This document shows, piece after piece, positions 37,913 to 47,608 of a stretch of DNA of 64,000 bases; within the stretch, counting starts at the first letter, position 1; each line of letters begins with the position of its first letter. Under the pieces are notes generated by a model. It worked only from the letters and a program-made list of their open reading frames with translations. It searched no databases and was not told the DNA's origin. The stretch lies in NCBI GenBank assembly GCA_016939415.1, contig JAFGGZ010000032.1, forward strand, positions 1,815 through 65,814, in the 5' to 3' direction. The DNA is from Candidatus Iainarchaeum sp. (GTDB lineage Archaea; B1Sed10-29; WALL01). Position numbers and translations under genes: made by a program.

Positions 37913-38101
37913 GTGGTTGAAATAAAGAAGCGTTCAGAGACGATGCGTTACAAGCCCAAGGGCAGGGCAGAGGACTGGCGTGTCGACCCGAAGTCCGAGG
38001 CCAAGAAACTGGCCCGCGAGGGCAGGGCGTTGGACATAAGCACCCGCGAGATGTCGAAGAAGGTCAGCGCCAAGCGTCGCATGAAGAAAAAGCTCAAGTG
38101 A
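37913..38101 (+). CDS. Small basic hypothetical protein
   Basis: 62 aa, K/R-rich, AGGTGG SD before GTG. Confidence 0.55.
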   Translation: MVEIKKRSETMRYKPKGRAEDWRVDPKSEAKKLAREGRALDISTREMSKKVSAKRRMKKKLK

Positions 38102-38816
38102 ACCTTCTTCCGACGATGACGAATGCGGGGAAGCTGAACAGGCCTTTCACCCGCAGGTATTTCTTCAGCTCCCACTCGAGGTTGTTGAACTGTACTGCCT
38201 CGATGCCAACCATACCCAGCTCCTGCATCTTTTCCATGACCGGTTTTACATCGTCGCTCGTGGGGGTGAACACTGCCAGGAACCTTCCTGGTTTCAGGGC
38301 TTTCACCACGCATTCCATGGCTGTTGTGGGGTGCTGCATGTCAAGGAAGGCGGCATCTGATTCCGGCAGGCGCGCTTCGCGCACATCCCCGAAAACCGCG
38401 TTGATGTTCCTGAATCCCTCAAGGCTCTTTTTCGCCATCTCGTAAAAACGCTCCTCTTTCTCGTACGTGATCACTCTCCCGGCCGGGCCGACTGCGTTGG
38501 AAAGGATCATGGTCATCCTGCCGCTGCCTGTCCCCGCTTCTATGACTGTGTCCCCGTTCTGCACTGACATGAGTGCAGCTATGAATCCTGCGTCGTACTC
38601 GTATACTGGTCTCGCCCCGCGCTCTGATAACTGGGTTCTGTCCCTCAGCCTCGGTTCAGTGACGAGGTACGGGATGCCCTTGCCTGTCTTGACCATGCCT
38701 CCTTTATGCACGTCCTCCTTCTGTATCTGCCCGTCCTTGGTGCCGATGCTCTCTCCGCGCCATTTCTTCAGGATCGCTCTGCCTTCCAGGCTTATGAGGA
38801 GTATCTCTTTTTCCAT
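38094..38816 (-). CDS. trmI: tRNA m1A57/58 methyltransferase
   Basis: VIEAGTGSG, VITYE, FLDM..P, VFTP. Confidence 0.88.
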   Translation of the reverse strand: MEKEILLISLEGRAILKKWRGESIGTKDGQIQKEDVHKGGMVKTGKGIPYLVTEPRLRDRTQLSERGARPVYEYDAGFIAALMSVQNGDTVIEAGTGSGRMTMILSNAVGPAGRVITYEKEERFYEMAKKSLEGFRNINAVFGDVREARLPESDAAFLDMQHPTTAMECVVKALKPGRFLAVFTPTSDDVKPVMEKMQELGMVGIEAVQFNNLEWELKKYLRVKGLFSFPAFVIVGRRFT

Positions 38817-38885
38817 GCGCCTCACCAAACAAATATAAACCAGAATCCTTTTAAATTACTCGTATTCTTCCCGCGAGGCGTTTTC

Positions 38886-39875
38886 ATGCAAAACCTTTTT
38901 GAGAACAAGCAGCACAGGCTATTGATACTCATTCCACTGCTTATCGGGGTGCTCGGTGTGGTAATGATCCCATCCATCCCACAGGGCACAGACATCACAG
39001 GAGGGACGACGATCTCGGCGTCGCTTCCTGCAGGAGCGAGCGCGGATGTCGGCGCTATCGAGGAGCGCTTGGCGCACTTCAATCTGTACGATCTCAGCGT
39101 GCGCGTCGCTGAGAACCCTCTCGATGATTCTCAGGGCGTCATAATCGAGTTTGTCGGCAACATTGATTTGATAGAAGCGAACAAGGTGCTCGGCACGAAC
39201 CCGCGCCGCGCTGAAGAGATCGCAGCACAGTTCATCCCATCTCCGGGGAATGCGACGACAGAGGATTGGGTCATGCTGGCCAACAACAAGTTCAGCCAGG
39301 ACCTGCGCGCAGCAGTCGCTGCGGAGTTGGGTGTTGACGAGATGGATCTGGGGTTCCGTGAGGTCGGGCCCACGTTGGGTGCCATGTTCTGGGAGCAGGG
39401 CATACGGGCGATTGTCTTGGCGTTCATACTGATGAGCGTCGTGGTTTTCCTGGCGTTCAGGGAGTTCATGCCTTCTGTGTACGTCGTGTCTTCTGCTGTC
39501 ATCGACATTCTCGGCGCGTTGCTTGGCATGGCTGTGTTTGGAGTGCAGCTGTCACTCCCGACTTTCGTGGCCCTGCTGATGCTGATAGGTTACAGCGTTG
39601 ACACTGACATCATGCTCACGAACAAGGTGGCGAAGCGCAGGGACGGAACGAAGTTCGTGCGCACCGAAGACGCAATGCGCACCGGCCTGACCATGACCGG
39701 GACGACGCTTGCGGCTGTGGGCGTGCTTGCTGTCAGCTCGTACCTGCTCCAGGTGACTACGCTGTTCCAGATATCCGCGGTCCTGCTTTTCGGTTTGGCT
39801 GCTGACTTGGCCAGCACTTGGCTGATGAATGCCCCGCTTTTGTTGTGGTGGCTTGAGCGCAAGGGGGTGAACTGA
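38886..39875 (+). CDS. secF: Protein translocase subunit SecF
   Basis: GTDITGGT, VGPTLG, LMLIGYSVDTDI. Confidence 0.92.
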   Translation: MQNLFENKQHRLLILIPLLIGVLGVVMIPSIPQGTDITGGTTISASLPAGASADVGAIEERLAHFNLYDLSVRVAENPLDDSQGVIIEFVGNIDLIEANKVLGTNPRRAEEIAAQFIPSPGNATTEDWVMLANNKFSQDLRAAVAAELGVDEMDLGFREVGPTLGAMFWEQGIRAIVLAFILMSVVVFLAFREFMPSVYVVSSAVIDILGALLGMAVFGVQLSLPTFVALLMLIGYSVDTDIMLTNKVAKRRDGTKFVRTEDAMRTGLTMTGTTLAAVGVLAVSSYLLQVTTLFQISAVLLFGLAADLASTWLMNAPLLLWWLERKGVN

Positions 39876-39876
39876 G

Positions 39877-41400
39877 ATGGCAGACTCTCTCTTGAGTGAC
39901 TGGCGCGTCCGCATACTCATCATAGCTGTCGTGTTCCTTGGTCTGGGCCCTCTCGCATTGAAGGGTCTGAGTTACGGCATGGACTTCAAGGGCGGCTCTC
40001 TCATCCAGCTGGAGCTCGAGAAGCCGGTTGATGGTCCGACGATGACCACTGTGACAAGCATCCTGGAGAGCAGGCTCAACGGCTTCGGCCTCAAGGACAT
40101 GAGCGTGAAGCCGTGGGGCGACCAGTACATCATAGTCGAGGTCAGCGAAACCGATAAGGACAGTGTTGACATAATCACTGAAACGCTTTCAAAGCAGGGC
40201 AGGTTCTCTGCGGTGATCGAGGGCGAGGAAGTGTTGAGGAGCGAGGATCTCGTGCAGATTATCACGAACCCGCAGGAGGGTTATGGGTACATAGCCAGCA
40301 CCGGCGAGTGGCGCGTGCCGTTCGTGCTCAGCGCTGAGGGCTCGAAGCGGTTCGCAGAGAATGCGGAGGGCAAGTGCCGGAAGGTTGCTGGCGAGACTGT
40401 CTGCGAGCGCATTTATATGTTCATAGACCGCCCGGAGGACGCGGTCGTGCTGGTGCCGACAGCGGTCTACGAGGCAGAATCCGTGATGAACATAAACCCG
40501 GAGAACCCGCGCAGTTACTCGGTGAACGTATCTGAGTTCGAGATGAATTCCATGACGCGGATAATGCCGACGGACAATGTCAGTGACGTGCTTGATGAAG
40601 TCCTCGCTGCTGGCTACTCCGAGGTCATAATCCCGGAGGATGCGGGTTACGATGTCTCGATGCTCGAGCAGAACAACCTGAGCGTCGCGCTCAGGCCGAA
40701 AACGGATTTCTACTGGCTCTGGTCTGCAGTGAACCTGAAGTCCATCCTCTTCCTGTCGCCAGGCGTAACCACCGGCGAGCCTGTGCGTGACGCGCTCATC
40801 ACCGGGCACGCAGACAACCTGCAGGATGCTCAACGCGACTTGACGCAGATGGTGGTGGTGCTCCGCTCCGGAAGACTGCCAGTGTCCGTGTCCATAATGT
40901 CCACGATGAGCGTTTCCCCGACGCTGGGCAAGAGCTTCCTGGGTTCCGTGCTATGGATCGGCGTGCTGGCCATACTCGCTGTCGGCTTAGTGGTGTTCCT
41001 GCGGTACAGGAACCCGAAGCTGACGGCAGCCATCATAGCGAACGACTTCATGGAAGTGACCATCATCCTCGGCATTGCGTCGCTCATCAACTGGCAGATA
41101 GATCTCGCTGCCGTGGCGGGCATCATCGCAGTCCTGGGAACGAGTGTCGACCAGCTGGTCGTCATCTCTGATGAGGCCATGCAAAAGCGCGAGGAGGAGC
41201 TTTCGCTGATCGCTCGCCTGAAGCGCGCGTTCAGCATAATCTTTGTCGCTTCTGCGACCACCGCCATCGCGATGTTCCCGCTGATGACGTTGGGGTTGGG
41301 AGCTATGAAGGGCTTCGCCATCGTGACCATCATCGGCGTGGTGGTGGGGGTCGGTCTTGTGCGGCCCGTGTTCGCGAAGGTCATCGAGAGGATTGTCTGA
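39877..41400 (+). CDS. secD: Protein translocase subunit SecD
   Basis: GMDFKGG, LRSGRLP, VSPTLG, GTSVDQ. Confidence 0.92.
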   Translation: MADSLLSDWRVRILIIAVVFLGLGPLALKGLSYGMDFKGGSLIQLELEKPVDGPTMTTVTSILESRLNGFGLKDMSVKPWGDQYIIVEVSETDKDSVDIITETLSKQGRFSAVIEGEEVLRSEDLVQIITNPQEGYGYIASTGEWRVPFVLSAEGSKRFAENAEGKCRKVAGETVCERIYMFIDRPEDAVVLVPTAVYEAESVMNINPENPRSYSVNVSEFEMNSMTRIMPTDNVSDVLDEVLAAGYSEVIIPEDAGYDVSMLEQNNLSVALRPKTDFYWLWSAVNLKSILFLSPGVTTGEPVRDALITGHADNLQDAQRDLTQMVVVLRSGRLPVSVSIMSTMSVSPTLGKSFLGSVLWIGVLAILAVGLVVFLRYRNPKLTAAIIANDFMEVTIILGIASLINWQIDLAAVAGIIAVLGTSVDQLVVISDEAMQKREEELSLIARLKRAFSIIFVASATTAIAMFPLMTLGLGAMKGFAIVTIIGVVVGVGLVRPVFAKVIERIV

Positions 41401-41410
41401 GGTGTGGTCT

Positions 41411-43453
41411 GTGAAGCGCCTGCTCCTCGCTCTCGCCCTCCTCTTCGCTGGTTGCGTTGCTCCTCAGGGTCCTGCTTACAACATGTCCCGCCTCGCGGAC
41501 CAGTCTTTCGCGGGCGCGGTCCACTCGCCTGCTGATGGCGCGTTCCTGAAAGCCAGTGAGCTCGATATCCGCGTGTCTTTCAAAGAGCCGGTGGTGCTGA
41601 TGTCTTTCTCTGTTGACGGCAACGATGCCAAGATCTCCACCGATGACAAGATGGAGTACGTGTCAAGCTGGAAGATGAAGGACGGCGCCCACAATGTATC
41701 CCTCGTCGCGAGGGATGCGAACGACAATGAGGGATCTGTTTCATTCTCATTCACTGTCGACACGAAGCCGCCCGCTGTCGAGGTCGAGCCAGAGGACGGG
41801 GGGTTCGTCACTGACGCCCGCCCCAAGATCAAGCTCTTGTTCAGCGAGGAGGCAGAGCTCCTGACCGCGTCGCTTGATGGCGATGACATGGATTTTTCTT
41901 CCAAGGACGGCGTGACTTACTCGTTCAAGCCTTCCGACGATCTCTCTGATGGGAAGCACTCGCTGGTGTTCCATGCGGTGGACCGCGCGGGCAACGAGAA
42001 GAAATTCGTATCCTGGTTCAAGGTCGGCGCTGGCAGTGACGACGAGCCTCCGGGGCAGGTGCTCGGCTTCTCTGCTTCTGATGAGAAGTCCGGCGGCGCA
42101 ATCAGGCTTTCTTGGACGGCCATAGAGATAAGCGACTTCTTGAAGTACGAGGTGTATACCGGCACTACGTTGCTCAACACGTTATCCAGCAGGACGACGA
42201 ACTCGTATGTTGTCACGGCGCTGGTGAACAACCAGCTGTACTGCTTCAAGATCCGTGCGATTGATTCCGACGGCAAAGAGGGGCCGTTCTCTTCTGCTTG
42301 CGCCACGCCCACTTTCAAGGACACGACCCTGCCTTCGTGCAGCGATGGCAAGCCGCGTAACACGATCGATTACACGAGCGCGGTCGTGAACTTCACGACG
42401 AGCGAGGACGCGAAGTGCAGGGGGTCGTTCAACACGGACGAGACGTTCGAAGAGATGGATTTCGCTTTCGAGGGCTCTGCCACCACCCACACGTACTCTT
42501 ACTCGTTCTCGAACGGCACCACGACGAAGGTGTACGCGCGCTGCAACGACACGGCCGGGAATCTGATGACTTCCAGTTATTCGTGGGAGTTCACTGTCCA
42601 TACGACGTCTTCTGACACTACCGCGCCCGCTATCAGTTCCGTGTCTTCTGGAACTCCGGCGAATACATCCACCACCCTGACGTGGACGACGAACGAGGCT
42701 TCTGACTCGTGGGTCTTCTTCGGCACGTCTTCGTACACGAATCACTCGCACTCGTCTTCTATAGTGACTGCGCACAGCATTTCTGTTTCAGGTCTTGCGG
42801 TCGGCACGACGTACCACTACCTGGTGCGCTCCTGTGATGCATCCAGCAACTGCGCGAACGGCACTGATTCCACGTTCACCACGTCTTCTTCGGACGCGAC
42901 GCCGCCCGGTAGGAGCGGCGGCTCTCCGAGCGGGAATGTCTCGAACGCATCCGTTGTCCTGCAAGTGACGACGAACGAGCCTGCGACGTGCAGGTGGGAT
43001 GGGTCGAGTGTGAATTATGCCTCGATGAGCAACACGTTCAACACGTCTAACAACCTGACGCACACGTATGCGGTCACTGTTTCCGGGGATGGCACCAAGA
43101 TTTATTATGTACGCTGCGTTGATGCGAGCGGGAACGCGAACACAGACGATTACCTGATAACGTTCACTGCGGACACGGCTGCACCGCTGTTCTCCAGCGG
43201 CCCGTCCGCTGTTCCGGGCGCTGCGAACGCGACGGTCTCCTGGACTGCGAGCGAGCCCGTCACAGGCATCGTGTTCTATGGCATTGGTTCCGGGGATTAC
43301 ACGCATTCCCTGCAATCCGCCGCGCTCACGACGACGCACTCCGCACTTCTCCCGTCCTTGTTCAATGCGACGGAGTATTATTACCTGGTCGATATCTGTG
43401 ACACGGTGTCGTTGTGCTCTAACAGTACTGAGCAATCCTTTACCACTTTGTGA
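41411..43453 (+). CDS. Surface lipoprotein with Ig-like and fibronectin type III domains
   Basis: Lipobox LLFAGC, DTxPP linkers, DG.H..VDRAGN, YCFKIRAID; S/T-rich with many NxS/T sequons. Confidence 0.85.
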   Translation: MKRLLLALALLFAGCVAPQGPAYNMSRLADQSFAGAVHSPADGAFLKASELDIRVSFKEPVVLMSFSVDGNDAKISTDDKMEYVSSWKMKDGAHNVSLVARDANDNEGSVSFSFTVDTKPPAVEVEPEDGGFVTDARPKIKLLFSEEAELLTASLDGDDMDFSSKDGVTYSFKPSDDLSDGKHSLVFHAVDRAGNEKKFVSWFKVGAGSDDEPPGQVLGFSASDEKSGGAIRLSWTAIEISDFLKYEVYTGTTLLNTLSSRTTNSYVVTALVNNQLYCFKIRAIDSDGKEGPFSSACATPTFKDTTLPSCSDGKPRNTIDYTSAVVNFTTSEDAKCRGSFNTDETFEEMDFAFEGSATTHTYSYSFSNGTTTKVYARCNDTAGNLMTSSYSWEFTVHTTSSDTTAPAISSVSSGTPANTSTTLTWTTNEASDSWVFFGTSSYTNHSHSSSIVTAHSISVSGLAVGTTYHYLVRSCDASSNCANGTDSTFTTSSSDATPPGRSGGSPSGNVSNASVVLQVTTNEPATCRWDGSSVNYASMSNTFNTSNNLTHTYAVTVSGDGTKIYYVRCVDASGNANTDDYLITFTADTAAPLFSSGPSAVPGAANATVSWTASEPVTGIVFYGIGSGDYTHSLQSAALTTTHSALLPSLFNATEYYYLVDICDTVSLCSNSTEQSFTTL

Positions 43454-43457
43454 TTGC

Positions 43458-44210
43458 ATGCGTTTGAATGAAGCAAAAAATGTGATTGACGAGGCGATAT
43501 CTTCAGGTCGCACGCTCGTCGTCGTTGGGGAATGCACTGTCCATTATCACGGCCGCGCTGCTTCGAAGCTGGCTTCTGGTGAGCGTCTCGTGATCGTGAA
43601 GTCTGATGGGTCTTTCCTCGTTCACCAGAACAAGAACATGGCCGCTATCAATTACCAGCCCCCGAAAGGCGTTATCACGGCGGAGTTGGGTGATGGCGCG
43701 CTTGTGCTTCGCGCGTCCAGGCGCGAGCCGAAAGAGCTTCTTGAGGCTTTTTTCTCTCGCATCGATTTCGCGCAGTCGTTCGTCATGCGCGACGATCGTT
43801 CGCTGCGCGTGTTCGGAACCGAGAAGAATTTATCCGAACTCTTGATGCAGGACCTTGAGCTCATCGAGCCGGGGTTGAGGCCGGTGAAGAGCGAGTCGCC
43901 TTTGGGCAAGGGCCGCATTGACGTGTTTGCGTTGGACAGGGACGGCAACCCAGTCGTCATCGAGGTGAAGCGCCGCACTGCTGGGTTGTCTGCGGTGTCC
44001 CAGTTGCAGCGGTATGTTTCCGAGGTCTCGAAGCGGAAGGGCGTGCGTGTGCGCGGGGTCTTGTGTGCGCCCGGCATTTCCCCGAAGGCTTTGAACTTTT
44101 TGGAGTGTGAGGGTTTGGAGTTCTTCAAGCTGGATTACGAAGTGCACAATCCGAGCGCTGAGATTAAGGGCTTGCAGAGGAAGCAGGCTGGATTGAAGGA
44201 GTTTTTCTAG
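43458..44210 (+). CDS. nucS: Mismatch endonuclease NucS/EndoMS
   Basis: YHGRAAS, KSDGSFLVH, NYQPP, IDV..IEVKR, QLQRY. Confidence 0.94.
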   Translation: MRLNEAKNVIDEAISSGRTLVVVGECTVHYHGRAASKLASGERLVIVKSDGSFLVHQNKNMAAINYQPPKGVITAELGDGALVLRASRREPKELLEAFFSRIDFAQSFVMRDDRSLRVFGTEKNLSELLMQDLELIEPGLRPVKSESPLGKGRIDVFALDRDGNPVVIEVKRRTAGLSAVSQLQRYVSEVSKRKGVRVRGVLCAPGISPKALNFLECEGLEFFKLDYEVHNPSAEIKGLQRKQAGLKEFF

Positions 44211-44746
44211 GCGAGGCCGAAGAAGTCGTCCGGGTCAATGCCCAGCTCTTCACCGATCTGCCTCGCCCTCTGCATCGCGCCTTCTGCTGTGTGTTTGTAA
44301 TTCTTCTTCAGGTAGTCTCCTGTCTTCGAGCCCGGCCCGTACTTCTTCTTCAGGTACTCTTCCTTAACCGAGATCGGCACGACTCTGTCGTGCATTACCC
44401 TGCTGTCTGCGTAGTGGATGATCTTCGACTCGAGGCTCTGTGGCTCGTAGCCTTCCATGCTGTACTCTCCTGCTTCTTCCGGCGCTGCTCCGTGCTGCTT
44501 GACCCAGTCAGCCATTTCTTCTTCGCCGTGGTCGCGCAGTATCTTCTCTGATACGAACCCATGGTACGGGTGCGCGATGCCCCGGCCGATGTCGTGCAGC
44601 AGCGCGGCTATTCTGACTTTTTCCGCGTCCACTGGGAAGCGCTTTGCTATCTTGTACGCCAGGCTGGCGACTGCTTCGCAGTGCCTTCTCACACCCGTGT
44701 CTGAGACGTGCAGGTACAGCAAGTGCTTGGCTTCGTTGTGGTTCAT
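44207..44746 (-). CDS. HDIG-type HD-domain phosphohydrolase
   Basis: RRHCEAVA, ALLHDIG, KIIHYAD. Confidence 0.88.
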   Translation of the reverse strand: MNHNEAKHLLYLHVSDTGVRRHCEAVASLAYKIAKRFPVDAEKVRIAALLHDIGRGIAHPYHGFVSEKILRDHGEEEMADWVKQHGAAPEEAGEYSMEGYEPQSLESKIIHYADSRVMHDRVVPISVKEEYLKKKYGPGSKTGDYLKKNYKHTAEGAMQRARQIGEELGIDPDDFFGLA

Positions 44747-44946
44747 ACTCTGGCCGCGAGCTTGATGTCTTCTGCAGTGACTGTCTTCCTGCCCGCGTGA
44801 TTGGCGAACTGCACTGCTTGTACGCATATCTCCCTCGAAACCTCTTCCAGGACATCAATAAGTGCGTCGCATGCGCTTTGGGACACGCGTTGGGCCCCGC
44901 CGTTCCGTATAAGTCTTTCTGCAGCTGCTCTTGATAGTTCAGTCAT
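44743..44946 (-). CDS. Archaeal histone (HMf family)
   Basis: ERLIRNGGAQRVS, HAGRKTVTAEDIKLA. Confidence 0.95.
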   Translation of the reverse strand: MTELSRAAAERLIRNGGAQRVSQSACDALIDVLEEVSREICVQAVQFANHAGRKTVTAEDIKLAARV

Positions 44947-45004
44947 TATAACACCTTCTTATGTTTAAGGAAGTCGTTATTAATACGATTTGTGGTTTTG
45001 GTGG

Positions 45005-46765
45005 TCATTTCACTGTGACTGACTTGGCAAGGTTCCTTGGCTTGTCTACGTCTGTGCCTTTCGCGACTGCTGTGTAGTACGCGAGGAGCTGGCACGGGAT
45101 GTTCGCCAGCAGGGGGTAGAATAGGTAGTCCACGTTCGGGATTTCGAGCCATGCGTCGAACAGCTCGTTGTTCTCGTCACTGATGCCTATGATGAATGCG
45201 CCGCGCGCTTTTGCTTCTGATGCGTTCGCGAGCGTTTCCCCGTACGTCTGGTCTTTCGGGCATATGACGATGACCGGCGTGCCTTTCTCTATGAGCGCGA
45301 GCGTGCCGTGCTTCAGCTCTCCTGCGGGCATGCCTTCGGCGTGCACGTAAGAGATCTCCTTCATCTTGAGCGCGCCTTCTGTTGCCACTGCGAAGTTCTC
45401 GCCGCGGGCGATGTAGTACGCGCTTTCCTTGTCCTTGAGCTTATCCGCCAGCGCACGTATCGCTGGCTCGGTGTTCTTTATCGTGTAATCGATGTGCAGC
45501 GGTATCTCCCTCAGCCTGTTGTAGCCGTCTTCGTACGCGTAGCCCATCGTGTATGCGAGCAGGTAGAACATGGTCACCTGCGCTGTGAATGCCTTGGTGC
45601 TCGCCACGGATATTTCAGGGCCGCAGTTCAGGTGCAGCGTGACGTCGCTCTCCCTGTCGAGGCTTGATCCGACGACGTTCACCAAGCTGATGACCTTGCA
45701 GCCTTTCTCTTTGCACATGCGCACTGGCCCGAGCACGTCCGCTGTCTCCCCGCTCTGGGACACGGCTATGATGAGCGTGTCCTTCCCGAGCTTGTCCACG
45801 AAGTACTGGAACTCGCTGGCGTTGTACACCTCGCAGTACTTCCCTGATATCTCTGATATCACGTACCTGCCCACGAGGGAGGCGTGCCTGCTCGTCCCGC
45901 AGGCGATGATGCACACTCTCGGGGCTTGGTGCACCCTGCGGGCGACCTGCTCGAGTTTCTTCTTGTCCTGCATCAGCGTGTGCAGAAGCTCTACTGGCTG
46001 TTCATGAATCTCTTTCAGCATGAAGTGGGCGTAGTTCCCTTTAGTGGCTTGCGTTATGTCCCAATCCACTGTACGCGTTTCTTTCTCGACTTTCTCTCCG
46101 GTGCTGGTGCTTATCACTTTTACCTCGGAGTTGGTGACCACCATCTCTCCATCGTCGAGGAACATCACCTTGTTCGTGTGCTCCAGGAAAGCGGGCACGT
46201 CGCTTGCAACGAATGTCTCCCCGTCCTTGAAGCCTATGACGAGCGGGCTCTCGTGCCGCACGCCTATGAGGAGTGGCGAGTCCTTGCTGATCGCCAGGAA
46301 TGCGTAAGATCCTTTGAGCTTGAGGGCTGCGTGCCGCACTGCTTCCTCGAATCCCCTGCCTTGCTCTTCTTCGATGAGGTGGGCTATGACTTCTGAGTCG
46401 CACTCGCTCTTGAAGGTGTGTCCTTTGCTTTCGAGTTCGCGGCGCAGCTCTTTGTGGTTCTCGATGATGCCATTGTGCACGATTGCTATCCCTCCATCGC
46501 AGGAGGTGTGTGGGTGGGCGTTTTCTTGCGTGACGCCGCCGTGAGTGGCCCAGCGGGAGTGGCTTATGGCAATTGTTGAGTCGACACCCTCCAGTGCTTC
46601 GGGCACTGATTGTATCCTGCCGACTGTTTTGGCTATTTGCATGCCTTGGTCGTCGACTGTGGCGATGCCCCAGGAATCGTATCCCCTGTACTCAAGGCGC
46701 TTGATCCCTTGGAACACTATGTCTATGGCATTCTTGTCGCCCTTGTAGCCGATAATGCCGCACAT
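45005..46765 (-). CDS. glmS: Glutamine-fructose-6-phosphate transaminase
   Basis: MCGIIG, EYRGYDS, HSRWATHG, SQSGETAD, PRNLAKSVTV. Confidence 0.97.
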   Translation of the reverse strand: MCGIIGYKGDKNAIDIVFQGIKRLEYRGYDSWGIATVDDQGMQIAKTVGRIQSVPEALEGVDSTIAISHSRWATHGGVTQENAHPHTSCDGGIAIVHNGIIENHKELRRELESKGHTFKSECDSEVIAHLIEEEQGRGFEEAVRHAALKLKGSYAFLAISKDSPLLIGVRHESPLVIGFKDGETFVASDVPAFLEHTNKVMFLDDGEMVVTNSEVKVISTSTGEKVEKETRTVDWDITQATKGNYAHFMLKEIHEQPVELLHTLMQDKKKLEQVARRVHQAPRVCIIACGTSRHASLVGRYVISEISGKYCEVYNASEFQYFVDKLGKDTLIIAVSQSGETADVLGPVRMCKEKGCKVISLVNVVGSSLDRESDVTLHLNCGPEISVASTKAFTAQVTMFYLLAYTMGYAYEDGYNRLREIPLHIDYTIKNTEPAIRALADKLKDKESAYYIARGENFAVATEGALKMKEISYVHAEGMPAGELKHGTLALIEKGTPVIVICPKDQTYGETLANASEAKARGAFIIGISDENNELFDAWLEIPNVDYLFYPLLANIPCQLLAYYTAVAKGTDVDKPRNLAKSVTVK

Positions 46766-46810
46766 GTACAGACCCTAGGATAGGCAGTGTTTAAAAGAGT
46801 GCTGCCGGTT

Positions 46811-47053
46811 TCAGTCCTTCTTCTCGTCCTTATCCTTTCCCCTGCGCCTGCTTTCCACGAAGTCTGAAATCAGCTTGTATACGAGCAGCAGGCCAAAAGC
46901 GTATATGGGGTACCAGAACATGGATGATTTGGCGTAGTATGCTCCGTAGAACTGGCCGACTATGAATGTGATAAGCAGCACGCCGACGACTGCTGTGAAG
47001 AAGTCTTCTATTGTGTCGTATATGTCGTCAACAATCTTCTTTACAATGGCCAT
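46811..47053 (-). CDS. Small two-TM membrane protein
   Basis: Two hydrophobic helices and a charged tail. Confidence 0.65.
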   Translation of the reverse strand: MAIVKKIVDDIYDTIEDFFTAVVGVLLITFIVGQFYGAYYAKSSMFWYPIYAFGLLLVYKLISDFVESRRRGKDKDEKKD

Positions 47054-47107
47054 GCAAAAATTATGAGGAAGGGGGTTTTTAAGCTTTCGGTCCACAATTA
47101 TTTTCAC

Positions 47108-47608
47108 ATGATCGTAATCTCCGGCACGCCAGGCACGGGAAAGACGCAGGTAGCCCGCCTGGTGGCAAAATCGTTGGGCTTGCCGCTCCTTGATGTGACA
47201 AGGCTCGTGCGCGAGGAACGCTTATTCACTTCCAGAGAGAATGGAGTGCTCGTCGTTGACATGCCTGCGCTGGGGAAGCGCCTGCGCGGCTTTTCCGGCC
47301 TCGCTGAAGGGCACGTGCTCTGCGAGCTGAAGCTGCCAGCCCGCTGTGTTGTACTCCGCACTGATCCGCGCGTGCTGGAGGCTCGATTGAAACGCAGGAA
47401 GTACAGGAAGCAGAAGATACTCGACAATGTCGAGTCCGAGGCCTTGGACTACTGTCTCATCTATGCGAGGGAGAATTACCGCGACGTCTTGCAGGTGGAT
47501 ACCACACGCCGTACTGCAGAACAGACTGCTAGGCGCGTGCTTCGCGTGCTGGATGGGAAGGCCGTCAGCGACAAAGTGGATTGGACCGATTGGATCCTCA
47601 ATCACTGA
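47108..47608 (+). CDS. Adenylate kinase AK6/Fap7 family
   Basis: ISGTPGTGKT, EGH, RLKRRKY..KILDNVESE. Confidence 0.9.
   Translation: MIVISGTPGTGKTQVARLVAKSLGLPLLDVTRLVREERLFTSRENGVLVVDMPALGKRLRGFSGLAEGHVLCELKLPARCVVLRTDPRVLEARLKRRKYRKQKILDNVESEALDYCLIYARENYRDVLQVDTTRRTAEQTARRVLRVLDGKAVSDKVDWTDWILNH

Noticed and set aside
46766-46810. glmS ribozyme
   Set aside because: The upstream gap is only 45 bp and contains a TATA box
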